Assembly (NCBI GenBank): GCA_964587725.1
Contig: CAZPLO010000002.1
Span: 25,521-89,520, forward strand
From: an uncultured archaeon
GTDB lineage: Archaea; Altiarchaeota; Altiarchaeia; IMC4; SCGC-AAA252-I15
Direction: 5' to 3'
Length of the DNA stretch: 64,000 nt
Below are positions 48,889 to 58,505 of this stretch, one piece after another. The translations under genes and the position numbers were made by a program. The notes under the pieces are model-generated. The model was not told the origin of the DNA, searched no databases, and saw only the letters and a program-made list of their open reading frames with translations. Within the stretch, counting starts at the first letter, position 1. Each line of letters starts with the position of its first letter.

Positions 48889-50060
48889 AGGTACTGATGC
48901 TCACCACATCATACCCTAGATGGGAGGGAGACTACGCTGGCTCTTTCATACATTCATTGTCAAAGAAGCTCATTGAAAAAGGATGTTCTGTTGTCGTTCT
49001 TGCCCCCCTCTACCAGTCTTCAAAGTCCTCCGAGGTGCTTGAAGGCGTATCTGTTAAACGTTTCAGTTATATGCCACTGTCAGTTTGGCAAAAACTTGCT
49101 TATGGCGCGGGCTTCCACCGAAATCTCCGCAACCCATTAAACCTGTTACAGCTCCCTTTTTTCACATTAAACCACCTAATTCGAGCTACTATTATGGCCA
49201 CCTCCTGCGACATAATACATGCCCACTGGCTGTTTTCAGGATTGATTGCAGTGTTAGCGGGGAAAATAACCAATAAGCCGGTGGTGTTAACGCTACACGG
49301 ATCCGGCCTAAAAAATATGCCCGATTCTATTATATCCAAGGTCTTGATCAAGTGGATTCTTTCAATGTGCAGTAAAACAATCACGGTCAACAGTAAAATG
49401 TGTGAAAGACTCATCTCATCTGGTGTAAATGCTGAAAAGATTACTTTCATACCTAATGGAGTTGACTGCAACCGGTTTAAGGAACCTCAGAAGACAGATA
49501 ACACAAACAGGATAATATCCGTCGGTTCACTTGTCGAGGTTAAAGGCCACATGTATCTGCTTCAGGCGTTTAAACACGTTTCCAAGGAATATCCTACGGC
49601 CCGGCTGGTCCTTGTTGGAGACGGTCCACTACGACATGAACTGGAAGACATTGCCTCCAAACTGGGTATTTCAGTGTCTGTTGAATTTGTTGGAGAAGTG
49701 GGCCACAATAGGGTTCCTTCGCTGCTGGAAAGTTCGGACCTGTTTGTACTGCCTTCGCTGAGCGAGGGAATGCCTTTAGCCCTACTAGAAGCCATGTGCG
49801 CTTCTATGGCGGTTATAGCCTCCAATATTGATGGAATACCCGACGTCGTGGAGGACGGTGTCACCGGATTAATCGTGGAGCCTGAAGACGCGTCCTCTCT
49901 GTCAGAATCTATTAAACGGCTTCTTGGGGATAATAAATTGAGATGTAAAATGGGTTTGGCTGCCAGGGCCCGGGTGATGTCAAAGTTCACCTTAGACCGG
50001 GTGTCCGAGGATACGCTGCAAGTATACCAAAAAGTTTACGGTGTGCACGGTGAAACGTGA
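48885..50060 (+). CDS. GT4 (GT-B) glycosyltransferase
   Basis: Start MKVLMLTTSYP (ATGA overlap), IHAHW, IPNGVD, EGMPLALLEAM; visibly lower GC. Confidence 0.92.
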   Translation: MKVLMLTTSYPRWEGDYAGSFIHSLSKKLIEKGCSVVVLAPLYQSSKSSEVLEGVSVKRFSYMPLSVWQKLAYGAGFHRNLRNPLNLLQLPFFTLNHLIRATIMATSCDIIHAHWLFSGLIAVLAGKITNKPVVLTLHGSGLKNMPDSIISKVLIKWILSMCSKTITVNSKMCERLISSGVNAEKITFIPNGVDCNRFKEPQKTDNTNRIISVGSLVEVKGHMYLLQAFKHVSKEYPTARLVLVGDGPLRHELEDIASKLGISVSVEFVGEVGHNRVPSLLESSDLFVLPSLSEGMPLALLEAMCASMAVIASNIDGIPDVVEDGVTGLIVEPEDASSLSESIKRLLGDNKLRCKMGLAARARVMSKFTLDRVSEDTLQVYQKVYGVHGET

Positions 50061-50574
50061 GGGGATAATACGCGAGCTCGCCGAGGGTAAGAGTGTCCTT
50101 GACGTCGGCAGCGTCGGCCAGAGCGGCGAATACTCCCTGTGGAACGAGTTGAAAGAGGTTGCCGGTTCACTGACCGGCATAGACGTGACCGACTCACCCG
50201 ACGAAGACGTGGTAAAAGGGGATATGGAGTCTTACGACTTTAGCCGAGAATTCGATGTTATCGTTCTTGGTGACGTGCTGGAGCACGTGAAAAACCAGGG
50301 CCTGTTGCTTGACAACGTGAGACGCCATCTCTCTGATGAGGGTGTGTTGGTTGTGACGACTCCGAACGCGAAATGGTGGACTGTCTTCCTGAAGCCGAAC
50401 CCCACACACACCCTATGGCACGACAGTTACACGTTAACGAGGATTCTGGAGGACCGCGGCTTCGCGGTGGAGCGTCTACTATACTACCCCGGCAACAAAA
50501 AAACCTACCCCCTGCCCCTCATTCCGTTCATCTGGCGTCAGGGCCTCCTTGCGATATGCAGAAAGCGGCTGTAG
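50041..50574 (+). CDS. Class I SAM-dependent methyltransferase
   Basis: VLDVGS, FDVIVLGDVLEH, VTTPN. Start may be the GTG at 50050. Confidence 0.85.
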   Translation: MCTVKREGIIRELAEGKSVLDVGSVGQSGEYSLWNELKEVAGSLTGIDVTDSPDEDVVKGDMESYDFSREFDVIVLGDVLEHVKNQGLLLDNVRRHLSDEGVLVVTTPNAKWWTVFLKPNPTHTLWHDSYTLTRILEDRGFAVERLLYYPGNKKTYPLPLIPFIWRQGLLAICRKRL

Positions 50575-51437
50575 AATAGAAATGCTGTCGCCGTAGCAAT
50601 CTCTGCGAGAATCATCACTGCCCTGCTGAGGATGGAGGCGGTGAAAGACTTCCCCCGGTCTATATTGAACAAGGCCGCGGACTCCGTGAATGCCACCTCC
50701 CTAACCCCCAACCCAGCGGGCAGGGGTGAGAAGAACCCGGACAAATAGCTCGTCTGGTCGGAGAACACGGTCTGCATGAAACCTGCATCTGTCTCACCCA
50801 AACCATTCAACAGCACATAGTATGACGCTGAAGTGGATACTGCCATCAGGACGCCCAACAGCAGCACCTGCACGGCCTTCCCCGGGTTCACCATCTGTAG
50901 CAGCCTATGTTTCTTAATCTCATGCCGCCGCCGTCTGGCGACCGCATACAGTACGGCAGCGAAAACCAACGTCAACACCATCACATACCCTGATTCTCTG
51001 GTCAAATTAAATAACGAGATGGATGCTACAGCAAACACAATAGCCCTCGAGGCGATACCTGAAACCGATTGTAGCAAAAACAATGCTGTAGACTTTCTAG
51101 TGTCTCCCAACCGCTCCCTGATGAAGGCTATCTTGGGGAGGGAAAACAGAGAAGAGGCTATTCCGAGATTGAGCATCATAGTGTAAACCTCTATCATCAC
51201 ACAGTCCGCCACAGGCAACATGTTGTCGGATAGCGCCCTCAGCATCAACGTCAGGCAAATGAACCCCACCACGGAAAAAAACAACGACTGGAGTAACGCA
51301 GCGGGCTCAACCAGCAGGAGCGTGTCAACTATCCCATACTCCCCGGCATACTGGACTATAACATACGCCGCCGCTGCTACCACAACCAACTTGAAAACAA
51401 AGAACATGCGCCTCCACAACCCACCCCCTCCAACCAT
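50538..51437 (-). CDS. Lysylphosphatidylglycerol synthase TM / flippase-like domain protein
   Basis: Multiple TM segments with the P-x-PAGLGVRE motif and a conserved late Arg. Confidence 0.78.
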   Translation of the reverse strand: MVGGGGLWRRMFFVFKLVVVAAAAYVIVQYAGEYGIVDTLLLVEPAALLQSLFFSVVGFICLTLMLRALSDNMLPVADCVMIEVYTMMLNLGIASSLFSLPKIAFIRERLGDTRKSTALFLLQSVSGIASRAIVFAVASISLFNLTRESGYVMVLTLVFAAVLYAVARRRRHEIKKHRLLQMVNPGKAVQVLLLGVLMAVSTSASYYVLLNGLGETDAGFMQTVFSDQTSYLSGFFSPLPAGLGVREVAFTESAALFNIDRGKSFTASILSRAVMILAEIATATAFLFYSRFLHIARRP

Positions 51438-51471
51438 AGTTAATAATACAATCCCCTCCTAATATCTGAGG

Positions 51472-53295
51472 ATGGAAAAACCCGATATCCTACTGTGTTC
51501 ATACGCCCTCATAACGTTTGTCCTGCTAACCTACACGTTGTCCCCGGGTGTGTGGGTGACCGACGAGTCAACGTATCTGCTTATGGTGAAGTCCTTCGCC
51601 GTCGACGGTTCCTTGGAGGTGTGGAACGGGTTCGACGAGATTGTCTCCTCGGAGCTGTGGCTGCCGGGTATGCAGCTGGTTTCTAATGGAGAGGAGGTGC
51701 GGATGTACGGGATTCCAGCGCCTCTATATCCGCTACTGGTGTCACCCGTATTCAACGTACTGGGTGTCTGGGGCCTGAACCTGGTTAACGTGGTCGCCTT
51801 CTGCCTGTCCGTCGTCGTGGTCTACCTGCTGTCCCTCAGGTTAATGTCGAAGAAGACTTCGGTGTTGGCGGGACTCTTCTACTCCCTCACCTACGCGATC
51901 GGGTACTCGCAGATGCTGTGGCCCCACATGGTGTCGGTTCTCATTGTCCTGTCGTCCGCATACCTCATCCTGAGGTATTACCTGTCTGACGCCACAGGCC
52001 CTACCCCTCTTTTTCTCGCCGGTCTTCTGTCCGGGCTGGCGGTGGGAGTCAGATACCCTAACGCCGTGTTCACTGCTGTGGCGCTGCTGTTCCTGTGGTT
52101 CACTTCTCGGCAGGGGATTAAGCCGTTCGCCACCGGGCTGATGTTGCCCGCTGCTGCATTGTCTTACCTGCATGTCCGACTGTACGGCAGCATCCTGGAG
52201 ACATCGTATCCTTCTCACGTGATAAAGTATCTTTGGATGCTGCTGGCAGCCTCCACGGCAGCCTTGCTGGCGGTCGAGGTTCTGGGGAAAAAAGGATACC
52301 GGCTTAAAGCGTCTCACCTGCGTTATGGTGTGGTGGGTTTTGCGTTAGTCCTCCTGGTTCTCTCTTTTTCGAGCTGGGGGCGGGATATGTTGCTGACCGC
52401 GTACGCCAAGTTGTTCGACATGTCCCATATGCCTGACTACCCCGGCTTGTATAAGAAGGCTCTGCTGCAGTCGGTGCCCGCGTTCGCGTTGGCGGCATTC
52501 GCACCCTACCTGATGTGGAAAAAAGACGTGAACAAAAATGCGGTCCTCCTGCTGTCCTCTCTCGTGTTGGCGGAGTTCATGCTCACGCCGTTCACATCCA
52601 TGGGCGGGTTGGACGAAACCTATGGTATGCGGTATCTCCTGGAATCCGTGCCTTTCTTGGCGGTACTCTCCATGTATTCTGCATCAGTGTTCCTGGCTGG
52701 CGTGAAGAAAAAACACATGATACTGTCCTTCATGGTCTTCGTTGTGTTCACGGCGTTCATGCTGTCTTCGGGCCATCGGCTGTACAGCAACGCAGGCCTC
52801 CACCGGACCCTCCCCCTGCTGCTGGCGGTTTCATTGTTTGTTTCATCGGCTGAGTGGTTCCGTGACCGCCGGGTGAAACTCGTCCTGCTGCTGTTCCTGG
52901 CGCTTTCAGCTGGCTACTCTGCGTCGGTGGGCTACGCGGACTTGAAGGTGATGAAGCTGACCCGGGACGTGGTGTGGGGGACGTCGGTGCAGCTGTTGGA
53001 GGGGGTGGAGGATGATTCCGTCATAGTGTATGCGAACAAACAGGCTTACCCGTACGTCGTCCTGCCAAAGGTTTACAAAAGGGTTCGGCTGGTGTCGGCG
53101 TACGCCGACGGGGGAGCTGATTTGCCTGCCGTCCTCGACTATTACGCTGGAGAGGGGAAGAAAGTGTACGTCAGCAACATGCTGGGTCCCGCATGGTATA
53201 ACGCCACCATGAACTATGCGGTTGAAAACAACATGTCCAACATGTTCTTCCTCAACTACGAGTTCAGGAACCCAGTCTATGTTATGGAAAAATAA
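51472..53295 (+). CDS. GT-C (PMT/ArnT-like) membrane glycosyltransferase
   Basis: DE after TM1 (TDESTY), PLYP, more than 10 TMs, and RYL motif. Confidence 0.75.
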   Translation: MEKPDILLCSYALITFVLLTYTLSPGVWVTDESTYLLMVKSFAVDGSLEVWNGFDEIVSSELWLPGMQLVSNGEEVRMYGIPAPLYPLLVSPVFNVLGVWGLNLVNVVAFCLSVVVVYLLSLRLMSKKTSVLAGLFYSLTYAIGYSQMLWPHMVSVLIVLSSAYLILRYYLSDATGPTPLFLAGLLSGLAVGVRYPNAVFTAVALLFLWFTSRQGIKPFATGLMLPAAALSYLHVRLYGSILETSYPSHVIKYLWMLLAASTAALLAVEVLGKKGYRLKASHLRYGVVGFALVLLVLSFSSWGRDMLLTAYAKLFDMSHMPDYPGLYKKALLQSVPAFALAAFAPYLMWKKDVNKNAVLLLSSLVLAEFMLTPFTSMGGLDETYGMRYLLESVPFLAVLSMYSASVFLAGVKKKHMILSFMVFVVFTAFMLSSGHRLYSNAGLHRTLPLLLAVSLFVSSAEWFRDRRVKLVLLLFLALSAGYSASVGYADLKVMKLTRDVVWGTSVQLLEGVEDDSVIVYANKQAYPYVVLPKVYKRVRLVSAYADGGADLPAVLDYYAGEGKKVYVSNMLGPAWYNATMNYAVENNMSNMFFLNYEFRNPVYVMEK

Positions 53296-53320
53296 AAAGG
53301 AAAAGGGGATGGAGTAAGTT

Positions 53321-53794
53321 TTACTCCATCGGCCCGCGTACGGTGCCTGATTCGGTGTGGTCTGACTGCACTCCACCAACAGTCACGGTGTACGGTATGG
53401 AGACAACCACGTTGTAGATGTCTCCTGCACTTCCGCTGACACAGCCGCTGGCCGTTATCTGGAAGTTCTGTCCGGCAGCGATAGCGGATGGTGTCACATC
53501 GTATGCGCCGCAGGTTTCTGTGCCGACTTCACGGATTACCATCCCTGTTGTGGTCACAGCTATGTTGGTTCCGACGCCGTTGGTGAATATTCCCTTGAAT
53601 ACTCCGGTGTGGTCCAGTCCCGTTCCTGCCAGCTGTGGCTTTATTTTGGCGAAGCCGGTTGATGTTACGGTGGTTCCGCCCATGTTGAAGATGCCCAGCT
53701 GCCACATTACTATTCCCACGATCATGACCACTAGTATGGCCCAGCCGTAGGTCATAAGGTACTCCATGGCACCCTGTCCTTTTCTTCCGATCAC
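53321..53794 (-). CDS. Type IV pilin, probable major pilin
   Basis: KG/QGAMEYLMTYGWAILVV; GTG start at 53794 after GAGGTG SD; pyrimidine-rich tract downstream. Confidence 0.88.
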   Translation of the reverse strand: MIGRKGQGAMEYLMTYGWAILVVMIVGIVMWQLGIFNMGGTTVTSTGFAKIKPQLAGTGLDHTGVFKGIFTNGVGTNIAVTTTGMVIREVGTETCGAYDVTPSAIAAGQNFQITASGCVSGSAGDIYNVVVSIPYTVTVGGVQSDHTESGTVRGPME

Positions 53795-53887
53795 GTTTTT
53801 CACCTCAGTTTTTTATAGAAACAGCCAACCAAATGGGTACTGATATCATATTAAAATGGTGTGTTTATAAATAGTGTTTGAGGGGCT

Positions 53888-54619
53888 ATGAGGGTTTTGT
53901 CGGATGGGGGCGCAGGGTATGTGTGGCGGAACACGCAGCTGGTGAAGAGCAGGGTACTATTGTTCCTCACGTTGCTGGTGTTGGCGTTCACCATGTTCCT
54001 ACTTGACCAGGCCCCGTACTCCAGCGTCGGCCTCATCCTGGTGCCGCTGGCGTACGTGCTCGGCATATACTCGTACAAAAGCTACCTCACATGGCGCGGC
54101 GGGTCCGTGGGGGAGGAAAGCGTAGCAGACGCCCTCAACGAGCTCGACGACTCCTACATACTGCTGAACGGACTCGTAGTCCCGCCGAACAGGGGGGACA
54201 CCGACCACATAGTCGTAGGCCCCAACGGATTCTACGTGATGGAGTCTAAAAACTACGGCGGACGCATAAGCTGCGACGGAGACCAGTGGAGTAAAGTGAA
54301 GGTGGGCCGCGGCGGCACAGTCTACACCCTCGAAATAGGCAGCCCCAGCAACCAGGTGAAACGGAACGCGAAAGTGTTGAAAGACTTCATACTGGAACAT
54401 CAGGGTGAAATATTCGAGGATAAGGCGCCGCACCTGTGGGTTCACGGGCTGCTGGTGTTCACCAACCCCGACGCCGAAGTCGAACTACACAACCCCACCG
54501 TGGAGGTGGTGGAACTCGACCAGCTCGCCGAACACATACAGTCCACCGACTCCTGCTACACGCTAACGCCCGGTGAAGTCGACTCCGCCGGCAGGCTCCT
54601 CATGAAGCACTGCCGCTAG
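53888..54619 (+). CDS. Membrane-anchored NERD-domain (PD-(D/E)xK) nuclease
   Basis: Two N-terminal TMs, then G-x2-GE...DTDHIVV...ESKNYGG...SP-x2-Q. Confidence 0.85.
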   Translation: MRVLSDGGAGYVWRNTQLVKSRVLLFLTLLVLAFTMFLLDQAPYSSVGLILVPLAYVLGIYSYKSYLTWRGGSVGEESVADALNELDDSYILLNGLVVPPNRGDTDHIVVGPNGFYVMESKNYGGRISCDGDQWSKVKVGRGGTVYTLEIGSPSNQVKRNAKVLKDFILEHQGEIFEDKAPHLWVHGLLVFTNPDAEVELHNPTVEVVELDQLAEHIQSTDSCYTLTPGEVDSAGRLLMKHCR

Positions 54620-55776
54620 AACACGATAATGCCGGAGAAGAATATGCCCAGCGCATACTTCAACGCCAGGAATATGGCCACCGAAGCCACTATGAACACC
54701 GGCGTATTCGGCACCCCCGACAAGACGTTGCCGGTTCGCAGCAGCCCCACCAGCAATGCGCCGAAGAACCCGGAGATAACAAGTATCGCCACGGCGTACA
54801 TCTGGAAGAACCCCGGGTCTATGCTCAGCGGCGACAACGCAATCATACCCTCCGGCGTCTCCTGAGCCAAGTCGGTGACGTTCAAGTTCTCCATCATCGT
54901 CGAGAAAATGGTTATGAACTGCAGCGACACCGCGAACAGCAGCGGCGCACCCACCATGATGGCGAAGATTATGAAGATTGCGTGGGCGTTTGTTTCAGCA
55001 GCCATCTGCTTCTTCAGATTATGCTCGCGGCGCATGTCCGTGGCAATACCCTGGAGGACGTTCGGCAGGTCGCCGCCCGACTTCATCCCCTGGATGATAA
55101 GGCGGACGCTCCGGGACAGCTTCGTCGAACGCACGTGATTGGTCATACCCACCAACGCGTCCGTCAACGGTATCCCCGTCAACGTCGCCTTGGCCACGTC
55201 CTGTATCTCCACCGCCAGCGGTCCGAACTCCGGGCGTGCCGCACTCCACAGCGCGTTATACGATGTCATCCCCGCCGTCATGTTCTGGGACACCATACTC
55301 AGGACGTCCGGGAGCACGTTCTCCACCGACTCGCTGCGGCCGTTGATAAGCAGGCTTAATATGATGAACGGCATCATAAACACCCCCACGAAACCAACCA
55401 ACACAGCCACCCACGCCATGTACTCCGGGAAACCAAGGACATTCGCCGCCAGGTAGGCGACCGCAGCAACCACTATACTGTACACGGCGGTGACGCTCAT
55501 CACCTCCTCCGAGGTCATGTCCACGCCCGCGTATATGAGCTGCTGGTTCATCCGGTTGCTGGACTTCCGGGGCATGAACCCCGCCATCAGCTTCGGAATG
55601 TGCACCATCACCACCTTCACGGTCTTGCTCATAATCTTGAAGAAGATGATGAACACCAATATCACAACGTTAACGGCCCTCAACAGAATCTGCACCAGAC
55701 CCACCACCAGCTGGGACATGGTGCTGGAGGCCTCCTTCACGCCCTTCGGAACCGCAGGTTTCTTGTCATCAGCCAT
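54616..55776 (-). CDS. Type IV pilus platform protein (T2SS-F / TadC-like)
   Basis: LPDVL...GMT...ARPEFGPL, SGGDL, multiple TMs. Confidence 0.9.
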   Translation of the reverse strand: MADDKKPAVPKGVKEASSTMSQLVVGLVQILLRAVNVVILVFIIFFKIMSKTVKVVMVHIPKLMAGFMPRKSSNRMNQQLIYAGVDMTSEEVMSVTAVYSIVVAAVAYLAANVLGFPEYMAWVAVLVGFVGVFMMPFIILSLLINGRSESVENVLPDVLSMVSQNMTAGMTSYNALWSAARPEFGPLAVEIQDVAKATLTGIPLTDALVGMTNHVRSTKLSRSVRLIIQGMKSGGDLPNVLQGIATDMRREHNLKKQMAAETNAHAIFIIFAIMVGAPLLFAVSLQFITIFSTMMENLNVTDLAQETPEGMIALSPLSIDPGFFQMYAVAILVISGFFGALLVGLLRTGNVLSGVPNTPVFIVASVAIFLALKYALGIFFSGIIVF

Positions 55777-55779
55777 CTC

Positions 55780-56646
55780 TTACACCGCAGGCCTCTTGCC
55801 TTTAACGTACATTATGAACACCAGCTGGAATATCACCAACCCCACCATGATAATCCAGAACACATCCTCCGTAATCACGCCCTCGCCCAGGAAACTGGAG
55901 AGTATGACAAGCAGCGTGACCCCCATCGACGGTATTATGACGCCCAGCATCATGTAGACGAGGCCGTAGAGGTTCAATTCCTTCCCATAGGCTTTTATCC
56001 GGTTCTCCTTCTCCATGCGGATGTCGCTGGATATCGCCTCCAACGCCTTCACCACGTCGCTGCCGGTCTTCAACGCGTTCACAATCTGCCACATAGTCTT
56101 CCTGAAATACTCCGACGGACTCCACATTCCCACGTCGTCCAACACCTCAGTCATCGACTTCCCCTGCTGCACCTCCTGGATGATGCCCTCGCAGATTAAC
56201 GAGCATTCCCCGTACTCCCCGCGGGCTATGTTGACCAGGCTGTCGAACAACGGAACGCCGGAATTCAACTGAATCTGTATGTCCTTCAACATGTACTCAA
56301 GGTCCTGGTCTATCAGCGTAGCCCTCCTCCTCATCTTCACCTTCGGCAGATAGATGAGGTAGAGTAGGGCGACGGCGGATATGAACAGCGTGAATATTAT
56401 GCTGCCGTAGCTGGCCTGCAAGCCGTCGGCGAGTACGAACGGCACCACAGCAACAAGCATCACCCCCGTGAAAACCACAAGGGTCAGGTATAAAGCCACC
56501 GACAGGTACTGGACGGAGTCGATGGTGTATCCGCTGCGTTTCAAATCCCACTCCATCTGCGGGAACAGCGGCTCCAGGTGGCGGGAGAAATCCAGCAGAG
56601 GCTCAGCCATGTGCAGCATGGTCCGGGACTCTAGTGTGGAAGCCAT
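55780..56646 (-). CDS. Type IV pilus platform protein (T2SS-F / TadB-like)
   Basis: SGVPLFD...YGE, WQIVNALKTG, TMs; adjacent to the ATPase. Confidence 0.88.
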   Translation of the reverse strand: MASTLESRTMLHMAEPLLDFSRHLEPLFPQMEWDLKRSGYTIDSVQYLSVALYLTLVVFTGVMLVAVVPFVLADGLQASYGSIIFTLFISAVALLYLIYLPKVKMRRRATLIDQDLEYMLKDIQIQLNSGVPLFDSLVNIARGEYGECSLICEGIIQEVQQGKSMTEVLDDVGMWSPSEYFRKTMWQIVNALKTGSDVVKALEAISSDIRMEKENRIKAYGKELNLYGLVYMMLGVIIPSMGVTLLVILSSFLGEGVITEDVFWIIMVGLVIFQLVFIMYVKGKRPAV

Positions 56647-56647
56647 C

Positions 56648-58462
56648 CTACTGTACCAACTTGTTAATGTCTACTTTACTCTTACTCTTGGCAAGGTCTA
56701 TGATTTTACCGCGGTCCAGGTAGTATTCCGTCACCATCCTGCCCACGCTGTTAACGTCCTTTATGTCGAGGTCGAGCATCCACTCCAGCACCTGCCTCTT
56801 GCCCTGCAGGTCCTCATCCACCTCCTTCTCCGTCATCCCCGTGAACAGCGCCAGCTCGTCCTTCACCCTGATGCTCGGATACATCCTGTTTATGCTGTCG
56901 CTGCGGGGGTCCCACTTGTAGAGGGTGTTCAACGTGGGGGTGTCGGATTCGTCCTTGGTGAGCTCGCATATCTCGAACGTCCGCCGCTGCCTGGTCCTGC
57001 GGTTCCTGTACTGTATCACAATCAAGTGCAGGGACTTCATCACCGTCGGGGGAATGTCCATGGGCGGACTGGTTATCCTGTCCACCACCTCCTGCGCGCG
57101 TTCCGCGTGGAATGTGGAGTAGACGCTGTGGCCGGTGTGCATGGACTCGAACAACACCTCCGTCTCCCGCTTCGCCCGGACCTCCCCCACTATAATCCTG
57201 TCGGGCCGCATACGCAGAGAGTTCTGCAGCAGCTCCAGCATCCCTATCCCGCCTTCGCCGTCGGGGTTAGGGGGCCGGATGGTCATGGGAATCCACTGCA
57301 GGTACTCCGGCAGATTCAGCTCCCGAGTATCCTCCAGAGAGATTATCCTCTGGTTCGCGGGCATGAACGGCATAATCGCGTTCAACACCGTCGTCTTACC
57401 CGAGGCGGTCCCGCCGCCCACGAGTATGCTCATCTCGTACTCCACACCCATCCACAGGAAAGCCGCCACCTCCGGCGTCAGCGTGGCCGTATCCGGGTCT
57501 ATCAAATGGACTGCGCTCCACGGCAGCCTCGAAAACCTCCGTATGGTAAGGGTGTTCCCTGAAGTGGATATGGGGAATAATGTGGCGTTAACCCTGTCCC
57601 CAGTAACAAGGTGGGCGTCCAGCAGCGGGTTCAAATGCGTTATCTCCCTGCCGACCTCACGGGCCACCCGCGACGCATAGTTCTGTATCAAATCCTCCGT
57701 CGGCAGTATGATGTTGGTTTTAAGCCAGCCCCGCTCCTTGTGGTAAACCCACACCACGTCCTGGCTGTTGTTGACCACCACCTCCTCCAACCGGTTGTCC
57801 ATAAGCAGGTACTCTATGTCTCCGAGCCCCAGCATCTCATTCACCAGTAGCCTGCTCAACGTCGCAATATACTCTTCAGACGACTTCTTCAGCACGTTCC
57901 GGAGCTTTTCCTTGGCGCGGCTGATGAACTTCACCTTCATCTTCTGGAACTTCATGGTGTCGAACACGTCCCTGGTCTCAATCTGGATTTCACCTATCAG
58001 CGCCCGCTTGGTCTCGTCCAGCAGCGCCCTGGTCACGAAGTCGATGTGGGGCATAGACACCATGTAGTGGGGGACGTAGTCTCCGCTGTCCACTACCTTC
58101 ACGCCGACGCTGAAGTCGTCGCTGGTGAGTGTGTAACCGTCTAATTCCTCCTCTCCCTTTTCAGACGGCCGGGCCTTGGGGGCCTCCGGCGTGTGCATTT
58201 CAACCGACTCTGTCTCCCGCTCCTGGAGCTCATTCTTCCGCTCCTTGTAGTCGAGGGACTCCAGGTCAGGCTCCTTCAGGTAGTGGGACTCCACCCGTAT
58301 CAGCTTCCGCTGCATCAAATCCTCCGCCAACCGGGTGACCATGGTCTTGTCTATTTCGAGTTTGTCTGAGGCTTCGGACACGTTTATCCTGCCGGAGGAG
58401 TTTATCAAGTCCAGAAGCCGTTTCCTCTGCCCCGTAACTCCAGAATCAGCGTTCTCCTCCAT
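56648..58462 (-). CDS. Type IV pilus assembly ATPase (CpaF/VirB11/ArlI family) with N-terminal wHTH
   Basis: GGTASGKTT, LEDTREL, LRMRPDRIIVGEVR, TGH...TFHA. Confidence 0.95.
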   Translation of the reverse strand: MEENADSGVTGQRKRLLDLINSSGRINVSEASDKLEIDKTMVTRLAEDLMQRKLIRVESHYLKEPDLESLDYKERKNELQERETESVEMHTPEAPKARPSEKGEEELDGYTLTSDDFSVGVKVVDSGDYVPHYMVSMPHIDFVTRALLDETKRALIGEIQIETRDVFDTMKFQKMKVKFISRAKEKLRNVLKKSSEEYIATLSRLLVNEMLGLGDIEYLLMDNRLEEVVVNNSQDVVWVYHKERGWLKTNIILPTEDLIQNYASRVAREVGREITHLNPLLDAHLVTGDRVNATLFPISTSGNTLTIRRFSRLPWSAVHLIDPDTATLTPEVAAFLWMGVEYEMSILVGGGTASGKTTVLNAIMPFMPANQRIISLEDTRELNLPEYLQWIPMTIRPPNPDGEGGIGMLELLQNSLRMRPDRIIVGEVRAKRETEVLFESMHTGHSVYSTFHAERAQEVVDRITSPPMDIPPTVMKSLHLIVIQYRNRRTRQRRTFEICELTKDESDTPTLNTLYKWDPRSDSINRMYPSIRVKDELALFTGMTEKEVDEDLQGKRQVLEWMLDLDIKDVNSVGRMVTEYYLDRGKIIDLAKSKSKVDINKLVQ

Positions 58463-58505
58463 TTTCCGGTCGCTTTAATTATGCTTTCCGCGCAATAAAT
58501 ACATC

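Noticed and set aside
46324-53794. Diversity-generating retroelement acting on pilins
   Set aside because: No reverse transcriptase in the window; the shared parts are constant regions and differences are not adenine-specific.
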